Source: the human T2T-CHM13v2.0 reference genome, Homo sapiens | DNA length: 64,000 bases | Direction: 5' to 3' (one strand) | NCBI RefSeq assembly: GCF_009914755.1 | Contig: NC_060925.1 | In this document: positions 26,088 through 40,699 of the stretch, piece after piece | Numbering within the stretch: the stretch's first letter is position 1 | How the letters are laid out: every line of letters starts with the position of its first letter | Translations under genes and position numbers: made by a program | Notes under the pieces: model-generated | The model's input: only the letters and a program-made list of their open reading frames with translations | Databases searched by the model: none | What the model was told of the DNA's origin: nothing

Positions 26088-26463
26088 CCTTCTCAGCCCT
26101 CCTTCATTTCCCTTCCTTGCCTTCCTTCATTCCTGTCCTCCCTCCCTTCCTTCATTCCTGTCCTTTCTGCCTTCCTTCATTCCTCTTATCCTTTCCTCCT
26201 TCCTCTCTCCCAAACTCTTTCCTTCCTTCCTCCTGTCCTTCCTTCCTGTCCTCTGTCCCTTCCTTCCTCCCATCCTTTCTTCCTTCCTCCTTCCCATCCT
26301 CTCTTTCTTTGTTGCTTCCTTCCCTTTTTCTTTCCTCTCTCTCCCTTCTTCCTCCCTTCCTTCTTCCTTCCTTCTTTCCTGTCTTCCCTCCCTTTCTCCT
26401 CCTTCCATCCTTCCTTCCCTGCCTCTCTTCTCCCCTTCCCTTCCCTTCCTTTCCCTTCCTTCC
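26088..26463. repeat. ~375-bp polypyrimidine (CCTT/TTCC-like) low-complexity tract
   Basis: Almost entirely C/T on plus. Confidence 0.95.
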
Positions 26464-27569
26464 AATTTGTTGAGCCCCTATTCCATGCCAGACGCTAGAC
26501 AAGGTCCTAGGGATAAAGTGGTGAGCAAAAAGGCATGAAATCTGTCTTCACAGTGCTTCCATATTGCCTGTAGTTTAAGAGCTTAACCTCTGAAGCCAGA
26601 TCTCCTCAGTCTGATACTTGACCCTTTCCTTTACTCACTATATGAACTTGGTGAAATTCCTTTCTGGATATCAGTTTTCTCTGCTGTCAAATGAGGCTCA
26701 TGACAACCTATTTCAGAGAGTTATCATGAATGTTAAATTAATTGATATGTAAAGTACTTAGATTAGTACCTGACACAGTAAATGCCCAATAAATATTAAC
26801 AGGAATTGCTAGTGTGATAACTGCTATATAGAGACAATAAGTCAACAAATCAATATAAAATCACAAGAAGCAATGTGTGTTATGAATGCAAAGAACTGGG
26901 TGAGACTTGCCTATAACTTAGAACTATGTTTTCCCTGGGGTGTAGCTCTGGAACTAGTTGAATATGTAAACATTATCTGACCAAAGAGTTGGCAAATGAT
27001 TGTGCCTATGGATCATGAAGATCTCTAAATATCCTCTGATTTTGAAGAATAACATTGGGAACCTTTTTAAAGAGAATGATCAGATAGGGCCTCTCTGAGG
27101 AGGGGATGTAGATAAATGGTATAAACACTGAAACTGGCAGAAGGAGGGTAGTGTAAGAGAGGCATTACAGTTGGAGGAGAGATGGGAATGGTCACAGGCA
27201 GGAAAAAGCCACCAACAATGATCAGGTGTTGAGGCCTTTGCCCTGTGGGGTCTGTGCTTGGCCAGTTTTATTAAAAGAATCTTTGTTCCTTGACTGCCAC
27301 TTAAAGTGTCACTCTATGTGCAGTCCTCCATTAGGGCTTTTGCATACTGGAGACCAGGCAGTTACCTCCCATATCTTGATGATTCTAGCACTCATGTCAG
27401 GTTATTACCATGAGCCCCTCTGTCCTGCCTGCTGAACTCTGCACCACTATGTCGGCTAGGCCATTGTTTCATTTATTATGTTAGGCTTGAGAAAATTTAA
27501 GAAAGGAAATATAAGAATAGACATTTCTAGGTACTTTGGTCTAAATTCAATCCCAATCCTTAAAGGTGG

Positions 27570-28006
27570 TTTGGCTTGTTTGTTTGTTTTGACTTTAAGT
27601 TCTGGGATACATGTGCAGAACGTGCAGGTTTGTTACATTGGTATACCTGTGCCATGGTGGTTTGCTGCACCTATCAACCCATCATCTAGGTCTTAAGCCC
27701 TACATGCATTAGGTATTTCTCCTAATGCTATCCCTCCCCTAGCCCCCCACCCCACAACAGCCCCTGGAGTGTGATGTTCCCCTCCCTGTGTCCATGTGTT
27801 CTCACTGTTGAACTCCCACTTATGAGTGAGAACATGTGGTGTTTGATTTTCTGTTCCTGTGTTAGTTTGCTGAGAATGATGGCTTCCAGCTTCATCCATG
27901 TCCCTGCAAAGGACATGAACTCATTTTTTATGGCTGTATAGTATTCCATGGTGTATATGTGCCACATTTTCTTTATGCAGTTTATCATTGATGGGCATTT
28001 GGGTTC
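27570..28006 (-). mobile_element. 5'-truncated L1PA (L1PA7/8-like) 3' end
   Basis: actttaagttctgggatacatgtgcagaacgtgcagg...gggcatttgggtt; degraded TSD ccaatcc(t/c)taa. Confidence 0.93.
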
Positions 28007-28837
28007 CAATCCCTAAGTTTTATTCAGTATATGGTACCAGCTATATGCACTTTGGGTAACCTTGGTCACATCATCTCATTTGCCTGCTCATTCACGGATA
28101 CTTATTCAACAAATACCAATTGAGCAAGATGTATGTGCTAGTATGACAGAGAGATAGGTCACCTGGGGCCTCAGCTTCTCCACTGCTGAAGACTTGTGCC
28201 AGATCACTGGCTTTCAATGCAGTGTGGACTCCAGAGCCCTATTTTATTAAACAAATTAGAGTGGATTCAAGGTTATTCCTCTAATAGCTTCACTCCTTGG
28301 TATACTGAAGCTGTCTCAGGTGAAAGAGAAAATGGTGGAGTGACAGCTATAGGCTTGGAATTTTTGTTATTATTACCCAGAACTTAATTGATCTCTGCCT
28401 GAATTGTTAGGCTGTGTGAGCCTCACTTGCCACAAGGTCTTCATGAAAAGGATTGAGAACTGCTGAACTGAATGTTCTCTGAGATTCTTTCTAGCTCTGA
28501 CATTCACAGAGTGCTGAGACAGTTTTTCTTTTTTCTTTGTTTTCATTTAACACTGTTTCACATGCACATTTCCAAGACTCCATATGGCTGATTTCCTTGT
28601 CAGTCTCAGAAACAGTGCTTCAGTTTTGCTTAGCAGTAGTCCTATTGGTTCCTGTCTTCCCTTGATTCCCTCTACTTTTACAGACTTTTTTCAGAGCCTT
28701 CATTTCAATGAATCCTAATGGTGTGTGTGTCTGTGTATTTGTCCACACTCAAGGTCTTTATCTGGTACCTACAGGCACTCAGCAACTACCAATTGGATGA
28801 ATTAGTGAATTCTTAATGATTATCAATAATTTCATCT

Positions 28838-28852
28838 CACACACACACACAT

Positions 28853-28883
<31 letters not shown>
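28838..28883. repeat. Compound (CA)n(GA)n microsatellite
   Basis: Direct reading. Confidence 0.95.
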
Positions 28884-29255
28884 ATGAGAGAAATCATAAC
28901 CTTTGGCTTATTTTACTTCTTTTTTGAGGGTGTTAATTTTCAAAACAGAATCGCTAGATCCAAAGTTTAGCAGCAAGTTTCATGCTTGTATTACCAGCTA
29001 CCAGATTGCTGTGTTGCCTCTGTTTTATGTAAGCAGTAGTTTTTCTGATAACACTTGTGTTAATTATTTATAACATTATAAGTAATTAATCAAATCAAGG
29101 AGTGTTTTCTCTTCCTTTTTTTCTGGGTGTCAATATTCTTTCTATCCCAAACTCTAGTTGTTTCCCTAAAGCCATCAAATAAGAGGTTTGTCCTCTGAGT
29201 TTAACCAGAGAAAAAGAAATGGGCTGTTCCTGCTCTCCACCCTTTGCAATTTCTG

Positions 29256-29266
29256 TGATGATGATG

Positions 29267-29298
<32 letters not shown>

Positions 29299-29300
29299 GA
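29256..29300. repeat. (GAT)n trinucleotide repeat
   Basis: Direct reading; one GGT interruption. Confidence 0.95.
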
Positions 29301-30496
29301 AGGTAACTATAACAACCCTGTGAGAATATTAATAACCCCATTGACAGATGAGGAAACTAAGGCCCAGAGAGATGAAGTGATTTGCCCTCAGTCACACAGC
29401 TAGATATTAGCAAAGACAGGATTTATATCTGGTTCCATGAGACTCAGAACCTGGCCTCTTTCCACTAAACTACACTACATCACTCCCCACGTGGAAGTTC
29501 AGGGTCAGGAGCCTGGGGAGCAGCAGGTCTGTCAAGTTCTGCAGGGCTGAGCTGTTTATCATTGTGGAGGACACTCATCACTGTGCTAATTACATTAATT
29601 GCTGCCCACTCTGTGGCTAGGTGGGTGGCTTAACAACACCTAGCAACGTGGTAACGATGCCTGGGCCTGTCTTTATGCATGAAAACATCTGCCTTTTTTT
29701 TTAAACTCCTTCCTGTGGTGTCCAAGGATAGTAATTACAGGTTCTATTGGTTGGGAGTTAGTGATTCTCTACCCTGTAGGGAAAAGGTCAAGACTATGAA
29801 CTTTGCCCTCTATCAGCCTTTTTACTGGAATCGGGAGGGAAACCGAAGATTTATTAAATATCAACCCTGTGCTTGACATTTTATTTAAGGGATCTTTTAT
29901 AATCCTCATGATTCCTCAAGAAATAGGAATTATATTATTCTTACTTTGTTTATGAGAGTACACAGTCACCATGTTGGGGTCACATAGCAAGCTAGGAGCA
30001 GGTGGGAACAGGCTTAGAACTCAGGACTATCAGTGGACACATTTAGTCTTCACAAATTTATCTACACGACAGCATCTCGTAACAGAAGACAGTGTCTTTC
30101 TAATGTTTAGAACTGAATTATAGTGAGGCCGAGTCTGTATTTCCAGAGAACAAGCAAGGCATTAGGAGCTGGTGTTTTGTGGAGTTCTCTATTGGTAAAG
30201 GATGAATATTTGAGATGTCAGCCTTCCGACCTCCACTCCTTCCCTTAGTTTCTGAAAGAAATTAACAGAGTTTTCCAGTTGATTTTTAAATAAGTAATTT
30301 CAAGACCACCTCTGTCTACTTGTTGGGAATGGACAAGGTGGCTTTGGCAATTCATCATAATTGGGTAAATGACTTAATTTTCAGAGGCTCAGATAACAGA
30401 CGATAATTTAGGAAGTAATTGACTTTGGAATGTTGTGTATTCATGTACTTTAAGGGTGTGCCCATATCTATATGTGTAGGTATATATGTCAATAAA

Positions 30497-30526
30497 TGTG
30501 TGGTGCGTGTGTGTGTGTGTGTGTGT
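30497..30526. repeat. (TG)n microsatellite
   Basis: Direct reading. Confidence 0.9.
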
Positions 30527-31660
30527 ATTCTTCAGGAAGACTTAGAGTAGTAGTGGACTTAGATGATTTGGTTCCTTTTATACCTGCCATTTGTCTATAA
30601 ATAAAGTTTAAATAAAGTTTAGCTTGTATACTAAAGCTCAGAACAACTACATCATATGATGATACAGGGTAGTAGTTAAGATATATGAAGCTAGGCCAGG
30701 GTTTGAATCTTTTTTTTTTGTTTGTTTGAATCTTGGCTCGGTCACTTACCAGCTGCTATGACTTGGGCAGGTCACTTAACCTCTCTGGCATCAGTTTTTT
30801 CATTTCTAGAAATAGGGATGATAACAATTCTCATCTCATGAGGTTCTTCTATGCCACGGAGGCTTTTGAGACAGGAACTATGTCTATACACTTTTCTGCA
30901 CTCAGCCAGAATGAGGTTTGGAAGGAGCAGGCTTTGGACTTAGATACTCGATTCTGATTCCAGCACTCCCATATTGGCTGTCTGACCTTACAGAAACTAT
31001 ATACCTTTTCTGGACCTCAGATTCCTCATTTACACAATCAAGGCTCCTGATTTCTACCTAAAATGATTGCGATACCACAAGGTGGGACCCATGAGACCTG
31101 GTGCAGCAGTAACACACAGGAGGGATCCAGCGAAGGTTGGTTCTTTTTCCCCTTATTCCCATCCTAGGGTCTTACATTTAATAATTGGTGACTCAGTTCT
31201 TGTTTGATATGTAAAATACATTCTTTTGTCTCATACTCCATTTTTCCCTCTTTCCACTATTTTCCTTCTCCCTTTTCATAACACTTTCCTTTCTTTTACC
31301 TTTTTGGTCAGCTTCTATCTACTGTGATTGAAGCCCTCTGTCCAGGTCACCAGCCATTGTCTCCTGGATTGTGGCAGCAGCTTTCTAACTTGTCTCCTTG
31401 CCTCTATCTGTCCCTGTTGTTTCATTCTCCATGCAGGGCAGTCCTTCTGTAACCTGAACCAGACCTTGCTGCTCCTCTGTGCCACTCCCTCCGGTGGCTT
31501 CTCATCACCATGGCCTGCAAGGCTCTGTGTGACCTGTCTTCTGGCACTCCCTGACCTCCCTCTTAGCTCAGTCTGCTCCAGCCTCAAAGGCCTTCTGGCT
31601 GTTACTGGAACATTCAAGCACATTCTTGCTTTGGGTCTTTTATAAATATATACATCTGTC

Positions 31661-31666
31661 TGTGTG

Positions 31667-31698
<32 letters not shown>

Positions 31699-31756
31699 AA
31701 AACACACACATACACACACATATATACACACACACATACACACACACACATATATA
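31661..31756. repeat. Compound (TA)n(CA)n microsatellite inside an L2-like region
   Basis: Direct reading. Confidence 0.9.
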
Positions 31757-33044
31757 GTTCTCTCTTCCTCCAGATATCTGTAGGCTTCATCCTCTCACTT
31801 CCTTAGGCCTCTGCCCACATGGCACCATATCAGAAAGGCCTTCCCTGATGACTTAATATTAAAAAAAAAAAACCCAAGCACTCCCAGTCCTCCGTTTTAG
31901 TTTTCCTCTTTTCTCTTATCAGTGGCATATTAGACACTTATTCATTTACTTATTTATTTTCTCTCTCCCCTGAGCAGCACGTGACCTCTATAAGAGCAGA
32001 CTTGGTTTTGTTTTCTGCTGTGTCCCCAGAACCTGGAGCACAGTAAGTGCTCAATAAATATTTGCTGGATTTTGTGAATGTGTGTGTCCCCTTTATGAAA
32101 TGGCACGGAAGAGCCTGCACTGACGCTCCAGGTGATTTGGGGCCTGAATGGGTCACTGATCAACTTTTATCTTAACCAGACCAGGGTGATGAGGAGAATT
32201 AGGTGGCTGCTCAGGGGCCCTTCACACACATACCTTTGGGACCAACGCTGTTTCGTCTGCAGCAATGGCGTGCCTGGCTTTCATGCTTGTGGTTTGTACC
32301 ATAGTTGTGATGTTGTCTAGAATTCCCATGGCAGCTTTACAATATGATTAATTTTGCTCATATAGATACATATCGATTACGGATAAAGATGACTCAAGGT
32401 TTAAATTTAGCCCCACCACAACAAATTGAAAGTCACAGGTGTGCTACCTAATTGCTCCCAGACTATGAAAACAAAAGCACAATGTCTGCCAGCACTGAAT
32501 CACTCTTCTCCACCCTTTTTCTCCCTTCCCTTCATGTTCTCTGTCTTAATTCTGTTCATGTCGTAAACCGTGGTAGCTTAGAAAAGTGAAAAATAACATC
32601 CGGAGTCCAAAGTTCCAGTCCTGACACCACCACTTGTTTACTGTGAGATCTCAAGCATGTTACCCCACCTCCCTGAGCTTCAGTTTCCTCTTTTGTAGAA
32701 TAGACCTACTTGAAAACAGGTGCTCAATAACGTGTTGAATGAAAGATGCCTAAGTGAGACAGCATGGGTAGAATGTCTAGCCCAGGGTGAGCACTCAATA
32801 GATGCTAGTCACCGGCCATGCTAACTGATGCACCTGACTGTGCTGTCTTCATGAACTTTCTTTGGCTTTGGTTAACCATTAGGATAGGCAACCCAGCTGA
32901 AAACAGAGGATGGCTCATGACAAGGCCTTTCCTAATCAGTCTCTCACAAGGGCTTTTATGGAGGCCCTACTATGCGTACAGCAAGGTGGAAGATTCAGGG
33001 GTGGGTGGAGCATCAAGCCAGCGAGAGGCATAGTTACTGCTGCT

Positions 33045-33518
33045 ATTGGTGCCCTGTGGCTGCTGTAACAAATGACCACAAGCTTTGTAGCTTAAAGCCA
33101 CAGAAATGTATTCGCTCACAGTTCTAGAGGGCAAAGCATTTGAAATCAAAATGTTGGCAGGGCCACGCTCCCTCCAAGGGCCCTAAGGAAGAATCCACTC
33201 TCTGCCTTTTGCAGCTTCTGGCGACTCCTGGTGTTGCTTGGCTTGTGGAAGCACAGCTCCGTTCCGCGCCTCTGTCTTCACATGATCTTCCCTACTGTGC
33301 GTCTCTGTGTCTCAAATCTCCCTCACCTTTCTCTAATAAGGAAACCAATCATTGGATTTAGGGTCTACCCTAAATTCAAAATGTTTTCATCTTGAGATCC
33401 TTAACTTAATTACATCTGCAAGGACCCTATTTCTAAATAAGTTCACATTCATAAGTGTTGGGGTTTGGGGTTTAGGGTTTTGACATCTTTTTTGGGGTCC
33501 CAATTTAACCCAGCTACA
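33045..33518 (-). mobile_element. MLT1B/C-like LTR
   Basis: gctgctgtaacaaatgaccaca...ctcacagttctagagg...ttaattacatctgcaaggaccctattt. Confidence 0.8.
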
Positions 33519-35073
33519 GTGGCCTCCAGGAATTTCAGATTAGGGAAAGGAAGAGCACACACAGATGAACAAAAAAAGTTTCAAGTAGAGTTTGTAAGAC
33601 AAATCTTATTTGAAGGTGGTTAGTAGGGGGTTGATCCATTAATTTTTTGATCCAGAAATATTCACTGAGCCCCTGCTATGCTGGGTGCTGGAGATAGAAA
33701 TGAGGAAGCACAGTCTCTGCCTTCAAGGAGTTCACAGACTGCTTCAATGAACAGAGAAATGGACATTTATTGTTGAGCATGGTAGGAGCTGTGGTAGAAG
33801 TAGACCCCTGATGCGATGGGCATTAGCAGGTCTGAGTTACAACCTCGGGGCTGGTGTTCAGAGAGGGCTTTCTGCAGGAAGTATTATCCCTTCCAAGGCC
33901 TAAAGGTTGAGGGAGTAGGAGCTGGCCAGGCCCAAGCGGGAATGGTTCTAGGAAGAAGGAATGGAGGAAAGACAGGCTGGCCTGTATAGGTTCTGCACTA
34001 TGTAGGGGGCTGGAGAGGTGCACAAGGGATCAGATTGAATGGGATGCTGAAAACCACAGAAAGCTATGGAGAGCCATAGAAAGACTGTAGGGAGGGGAGT
34101 GACATGACTAGATCTGTATGTTAAAAATAAAAATTGGAGAAGGTCTTTTGAGAAAAGTGATTTTCTAATAGAATTTTATTTGATCCTTTTTTTAAAAAAA
34201 GAAGCATAACATATATACAGAAATGCATACAAGTCATAAGAGGTGCATTTTGATGAATGATTACAAAGTGAATAGCCCTGTGTATATACTGCTTAGGTTT
34301 TCCAGATGTATAGGTTGTCAGAGTACAGGCAGAATAGAGGAGAGATGGCCTAATCATTTGGAATTTCTCTTCTTTGTCCTGTGGAGAAATGGCTTTCATA
34401 ACAGAAAGAATATGGGATCTAGGGTAGAAAGGCTCAGTTTTGAGCTCTATATCTGGTATTTCCTTTTTGTATGATCTCAGGCAAATGGCTACACTTTCCT
34501 TATCCTCAGTTTCACTACTGAGAGTGGACTAGCTATGTCTTCTTCACTAAGATGGTGTGCAGGTAAAATAGGACAAAGCTGGTAAAAAGCTCTCTGCATT
34601 ATGCAAAATAGTTGCCCATATAATTCTAAAATTCCAATCTGTCTCAGATATAGACTGCTTCACTTTATCTTCTTCCTTCTTTATATGACATTTTGACAGA
34701 TGAATGAGGAGGGAAGGAGGGGAGGGAGTTTCTCTTTTTGTAATGCTTTTTTTTTTTTGGTTTTGTTTTCCATTTCAAAATGCCAGCCACATCTGGAGTG
34801 GCTCTCCTATACCCTTCTCTGTCCCTACTCTTCCTGCTCATTGCTGGCCATCTTACCCAACCAGGCCCAAAGAGGCAGGGGAAGGAGGGCAGGAATGAGG
34901 GCATGAAAAGAGCTTCGAGGTGAAAAGAAGTCCCTTCGTCTTCCTTGAGGGTCCCTGCTGTCCCCAGCTGTGCACTAGGCATTTGGGATGGAGGTGGGGG
35001 GATGTAGATGGGAAACATGCCCTTCACTTTCAGTGTGATGTCAAGTCTGTTGAGGCAAAATGAAAACAGCCTA

Positions 35074-35392
<319 letters not shown>

Positions 35393-38300
35393 CTAATAGC
35401 AGAGCAAGACCAGCTAAGGTCAAAGTCTTAGTGTCAGAGGCAAATAGCCCCAAAGGAGGCTGGAAACAGAAGAGACCACTTCACTGGGTAAAACACCTAC
35501 AGAAGGTGAGCTCAGTGCTAGGCTCTCCCTTCTCTCCTCTCATTTCAAATTCTTGGCATTTTATGCAATAAATATATTTAAGCACCTATAGCATATCAGA
35601 CCATTATTTTATACACATTGTTTTATTTGATCCTCAGAACAACACTAAAAGCTAAGTATTATAATTACCATCTTTTGGAGGAAGGGGACCAAGATTTACA
35701 GATTTGCTCAAGATCACACCACTGTTAAAAGAAGGAAATAGCTTTGAACCCACACCCATCCAGTCCCACAAATCCTGCTCTTTCCACTCTGCTATACCGT
35801 TCGTTGAACGTATGTGGAAGGGAGCCACGCGCTTTATCGGGCTGCATCACATTGCATGCATTTTTAGTATATGTGTGCACATGCCAACAGGCATGTGGGA
35901 ATCCTGCTGGGTGAGTTGTAATGAGGGCGTTTTGAGTGGCTAGATGCATTTTTGCTGGTGAGGCCTGGCTCAAGGAGAACAGGAAAGGAAGCATACAAAC
36001 CCAGTGTGTGGGAGGCTAGTCACACGGTGTGAGGGCTTGTCCTTGAACAAACTATTGGGAAATGGGTCTGTTAAGCCCTGGTGAAACTTTACTTTACTGG
36101 GGGGCCCCTAGGTTTTTCCATGACTATTTGATTTCCAAAGCATAATTCATTCCCAATTCTTGAAAAAAAAGAAAAAGCAATATTTGTTTAGCACCTCCTG
36201 TGTGCCAGGCATGGTGCTTGGTGCTTTACATATGTGACATCATTTAATTCTCACAAACCCTTGCCCATTAGTGCCACTGTTCAGCCCAGGAGACAGATTC
36301 AGGAAGTTCAGGCGATTTGTTCAAGATTGTTCAGCTGGTATGGAGCAGCACTGGGGTTCCTGCCCTGTGCTGTTCAACAGCAAGTCACACTGGCATTTTA
36401 AAGTTATTGGTGGGACATTCTGTCTTTTAATATAGTTGTAAATTATCTCTAATCATGAAATAGGATGACAGCATACTGATCCTTCCTCTCCTCTTTTAGA
36501 AAAAGAAAGGCATTATCTTTTCATTCCTGAGTAACTAAGATTCTTTGCCCCAGAGGTAAAAATCTCCACTCCAGGTTACTCATGTGTCATTGTCCGGAGG
36601 GTACAATTGCTACTCTTGCTTTCGTTTGGCCCTTTTTCTTCTTCTTTTCCTAAGGTACCTGGCCTCTTTCAAGATATCTCTCACTCCCCCATACCCATCA
36701 CTATAGTATAAGGCTGCTGAGGTGGCACCAGCCATGATAAGGAAGGCAGGGACCTGTGGCCTGGATGAGCCTGTAGTCAGAGAGACCTGGTGTGTATGGA
36801 GTCTAGAGGGCCCTCTGAGGTTTGAGATAGGCCTAATAGTCTCCCAAAGACCCCTGGTCCCTGCTCACCTAGTGCCATCATAGAAGGGAAAAGATGTTCT
36901 TGGTGTCACTGGAGAACATTTGGCCTTGGAGATAAGTGTTTGGGCCACCAGCCCCCTTCAAGAATATATAGCAATTATGAGTGTCTGGATGGACCTCATT
37001 TTTTGCACTGGGCGGATAGATTAACCAAACCTCCCAGAAGTGGAATGAATAACAAAGAGAAAGGTCTTTGCAATTCTAGGGCTTGTCCTTTCACATCTCT
37101 TTTAAGGCTTGTGAAAGCAGCGAGCAGTGGGGAGGGAGATGGGTGGAATGGGCATTTGTTAACGAGGAGAAATCCTGAGATGCTTGGTTGTGTGACCTGG
37201 GGTTGGGAAGCCACTCCACTTCACATCTCTGAGTCTCAATTTTCCCTTCTGCCATTTGGCAAAGGGAATGCTTCCCTTCCTCTTCCCCTGCCCCAGACGG
37301 CTGCTGTGAGAATGAGATGAGAATATGTTTAGGGTTTTGGAGTGATGTCCGAACTCAGAGAAGGTGCTTAGGCCAAAGTCAAGAGGCCTGAGGTGTACTC
37401 CAGACTCTGCCCTGAACTCAGTATCTCTTCTTTCCGGGGCTTCCTTTCTATAAAATGGGGGAATGAGGGTAGCTTTCTTTCTTTTTTTTTTTTTTCCCTC
37501 AATGGTCACTTTTGATTCTAAATGCCATAATGCCATGACTGTTTTCTCAAAGTAGAGGATTAGATGCAACTTTTAGGAGATAAATGGATCATTTAATAGT
37601 TACCTGTTCAGTCATTTAACAAATGTTTAATGAGGACCTACCACATGTCAGCCACAGTGCTAGGTAATGGATAGAATAACAAACAAAACAGACGTAGCCC
37701 CTGCCCTCATGGAACTTCTAGTCTAGTATAAGACTGTTTGGAAGAACTTCCTCATCTCAGATAGTTGAAGAAGTTCCAGGGCTCCAAGGGGAATGTCGTT
37801 AGTTAAAAGAACAATGTCAGGAATGTAATAGGTGCTCAAATATTTGTTAAATGAATAAATCAATACAAGCACCTGAAGGAAGCTCTTGCAGTAACCCTAG
37901 AGTTAGGAGCAGTTCTTTGGAGTCCAGAAAGACTGTGGGAGCTCTGGCAAAGGGTGTATGTAATTGCTAAATAGTTTGTTTGTTGAGACACCTGTGGATG
38001 GGAGGATCTGCCCCTACCTGCCTGGTTCTCAAGGTGGCCACTTACTGGGAACAACGATGGCTTCACTTGCCAGGTCTTTTCCCCAGAGGTGGAGCCCATG
38101 CAGATGCTGGAACTGAAGGGGGGAAGGGAAAAGTGGCCAGGGAAAAATGCCAGTGTTTGTATGACATTTGGGCTAAGCCCAGAGGACCCATAGAGATTGT
38201 GGGGTCTCATCTGTATCCTGTCAGAGGGGTAACTGAGGCCTAGATGGGATGTGAGGTCACAAAAGAGTTGGCTCCAAGCCATGTCAGGAGGCTGGATGGG

Positions 38301-40699
38301 GAGGTGGAAAGAACCTGGGCTTAGGAGTTGGAGAGTACTTGGGTTTGAAGGCTGTGGATCCTTGGGTAAATCACTTAATCTCTCTGAATCAGCTTTCTCA
38401 TCTGTTGAAGAGACATCACAGTGGTGGCATCTGAAAGATGTCATGAGGTATAATGTGTCTTGGACACCTAAAATCAGGACCCAGGACTAACTATAGACCT
38501 GATAATCAGTATTTATAATTATTACATTATTAGGACCCAGGTCCTATTTCTGTGCAATGTTGAAAGATAGTGATAAGAACAATTTAGATCAGAACTTACA
38601 AGTTTGCATGATCTTCATTATAAATGAAATAGTGAAACAATGCTGAGCGGATTTACAGAGGCGTAACTCATTCATTAACCAGCTTAGACAGGCATTTTCC
38701 CCCCTCTTTGGGATTGGTTTTCTCTTCTGTTAAATGGGGATAATTTTTATGCTCAACCTCTTCTCATCCATCTATTAAACATTTATTGAATGCCTATTAG
38801 GAGTCATAATATGCTTAGTGCTGAGGACACAGGAAGAGGACATAGTTCCTGACCCTAAGGAGCTCATTACCTAGTGGGACACTATTAAACAGATACAACA
38901 CAGAATAGTATGTATAGAGCATGGTATGTAGCAGGGGCCTATTCCTGTCTGAGTGGACAAGGAGGCTTCCTAGAGGAAGCAACATTTAAAGCTGAGGGCT
39001 GAAGGATGAATAGGATTTAACCAAGTAAAAGTAAGAAAGGAAGTGGGGAGCTGGAAAGGGCATTCCAGGAAGAAGAAACTGCATGTGCAAAGGCCAGGAG
39101 GTCAGAGCGCACAGTGGATATGACGATGTGGCTAGCTGAGCATGTCTGTGCAGTGTCAACTTTGTTGTGAACACAGAGGGAGGCTACTGGGAAATTTTAA
39201 GCAAGAGAGTTGGAGTATGATCACATTTGCATGTTAGAAAGAACACTCAGGGTTATATGCACTTGAATGAAGTTTTATTATGGAGAGCAGTTGGAACAAG
39301 TCGATTCTTTCCTCCTCCTCCATCATCCTCCTCTTTTCCCTGTCCACATAACATGGCTCACATGAGATAAAATAACCCACACAAGCATGCCTTGTGTAAT
39401 GTCTGCCACATAGTAGGTGTCCAATTATCATATAATTCCCCCCTTTTTAAATGTAGTTCCTGAAAGAGAAATCCCCTGGCATGAAGCACAAGTTGGGGCA
39501 AAAACGGTGAGGGTGTGGCTGTTTGTATCTTCTGGCTGGTGTTTGGGTATAGCCGACAGGATTTAGGTCAGAGGAAGTTCCCCAGACAGTTCAGCCTCAA
39601 CCAGTCATCTGGGGTTTCAGGGAGGGCAGGTGAAGGTCATAATATCCCCCTATTTCAGGAGGCCACCCCTCCCCAGGATCCTGATCTTGAAATGTACCAG
39701 ACATGGACCATTGCGTTAATTTGTCTGGGTCGGCTTCCTCATCTGTAAAATGGGTATAAGGTTACCTGTGCTGTCAGCCACATGGGGTTGTTGTAAGAAA
39801 CAGAAAAGTGTGAACCACCACAAAATAATATAAGACTACATTAATTAATGGCTACCCTGGGCTGGGCCTTGTTCTGTGAAGTAGATATTATCAATTATCC
39901 CTATTATACAGATAGCAAAACCAAGGGTCAGAGAGATTATGTGAATCACCCACAGGCACAGAATAAGTGGCTGTAGCTGGAGCGCTGGCATTTTAACCAC
40001 AACACTGTGACACCATGACTTGTTCTCCTTTGAAAACCACCTCCTGCTCCCTGAGCTCTTAGCTTGATGCAGTACTCCAGAAATGAGTGTAGAAAGATGG
40101 AAGAAGGAAGGAAAGGGGCAGTGTTTGAAGTCTGAGAGTCTTTCCAGATGCCTCCCTACTCCTCACCCCACCAACTCAGGGTCTTCTTCCAGATGCACTC
40201 TGGGAAATGGCTCATGGCATCCTCTTAAAATGACCTGTTACCTGACTCCTCATTAGATGGGGACACGTGGGGGAAGGGACTGTTTGGTTTGCGTTGGTAT
40301 CCCCAGGGTCTAGTACAATGGCTGGCACTCAGTAAATGTTTGTGAATAAATTCCTCCTGTCATTGTCTGAATTTTCTGCCCATGCTGTCCTCTTGGCCAA
40401 GAGATCTAAAAGCAAACGAGCTGGGGCTTCTGGAAAGTCTTCCAAGGTCAGTGGATGCATGTGTGATGGAGGCCCAGCAAGAGGTCAGTGTGTTGCCCTG
40501 GGGCAAGCCTGCAGGATGGACCCAGAGGGCTGGGGTGGCCGGCTTCATCCAGCTCATTTTTCCCAAGGGATCTGGCGCTCACAGGCTGCACATAGAGCCC
40601 ACGTGTTGTGTTGCGTGAGGACCCCTAAGGATTTGTTGAGTGGTCCTAGGTGCTCAAGTCACTGTACCTGCAGGGTGGCTTGAGCTGGGCCCACCTGAC

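Noticed and set aside
25860-26502. 112-212 aa ORFs on both strands
   Set aside because: Translations of the polypyrimidine low-complexity tract
27728-28009. L1 ORF2 C-terminal-like peptide (also 43269-43529)
   Set aside because: Truncated, non-functional L1 fragments
37860-38444. 194-aa ATG ORF on the minus strand
   Set aside because: Begins within a MIR-like sequence and has no recognisable protein features
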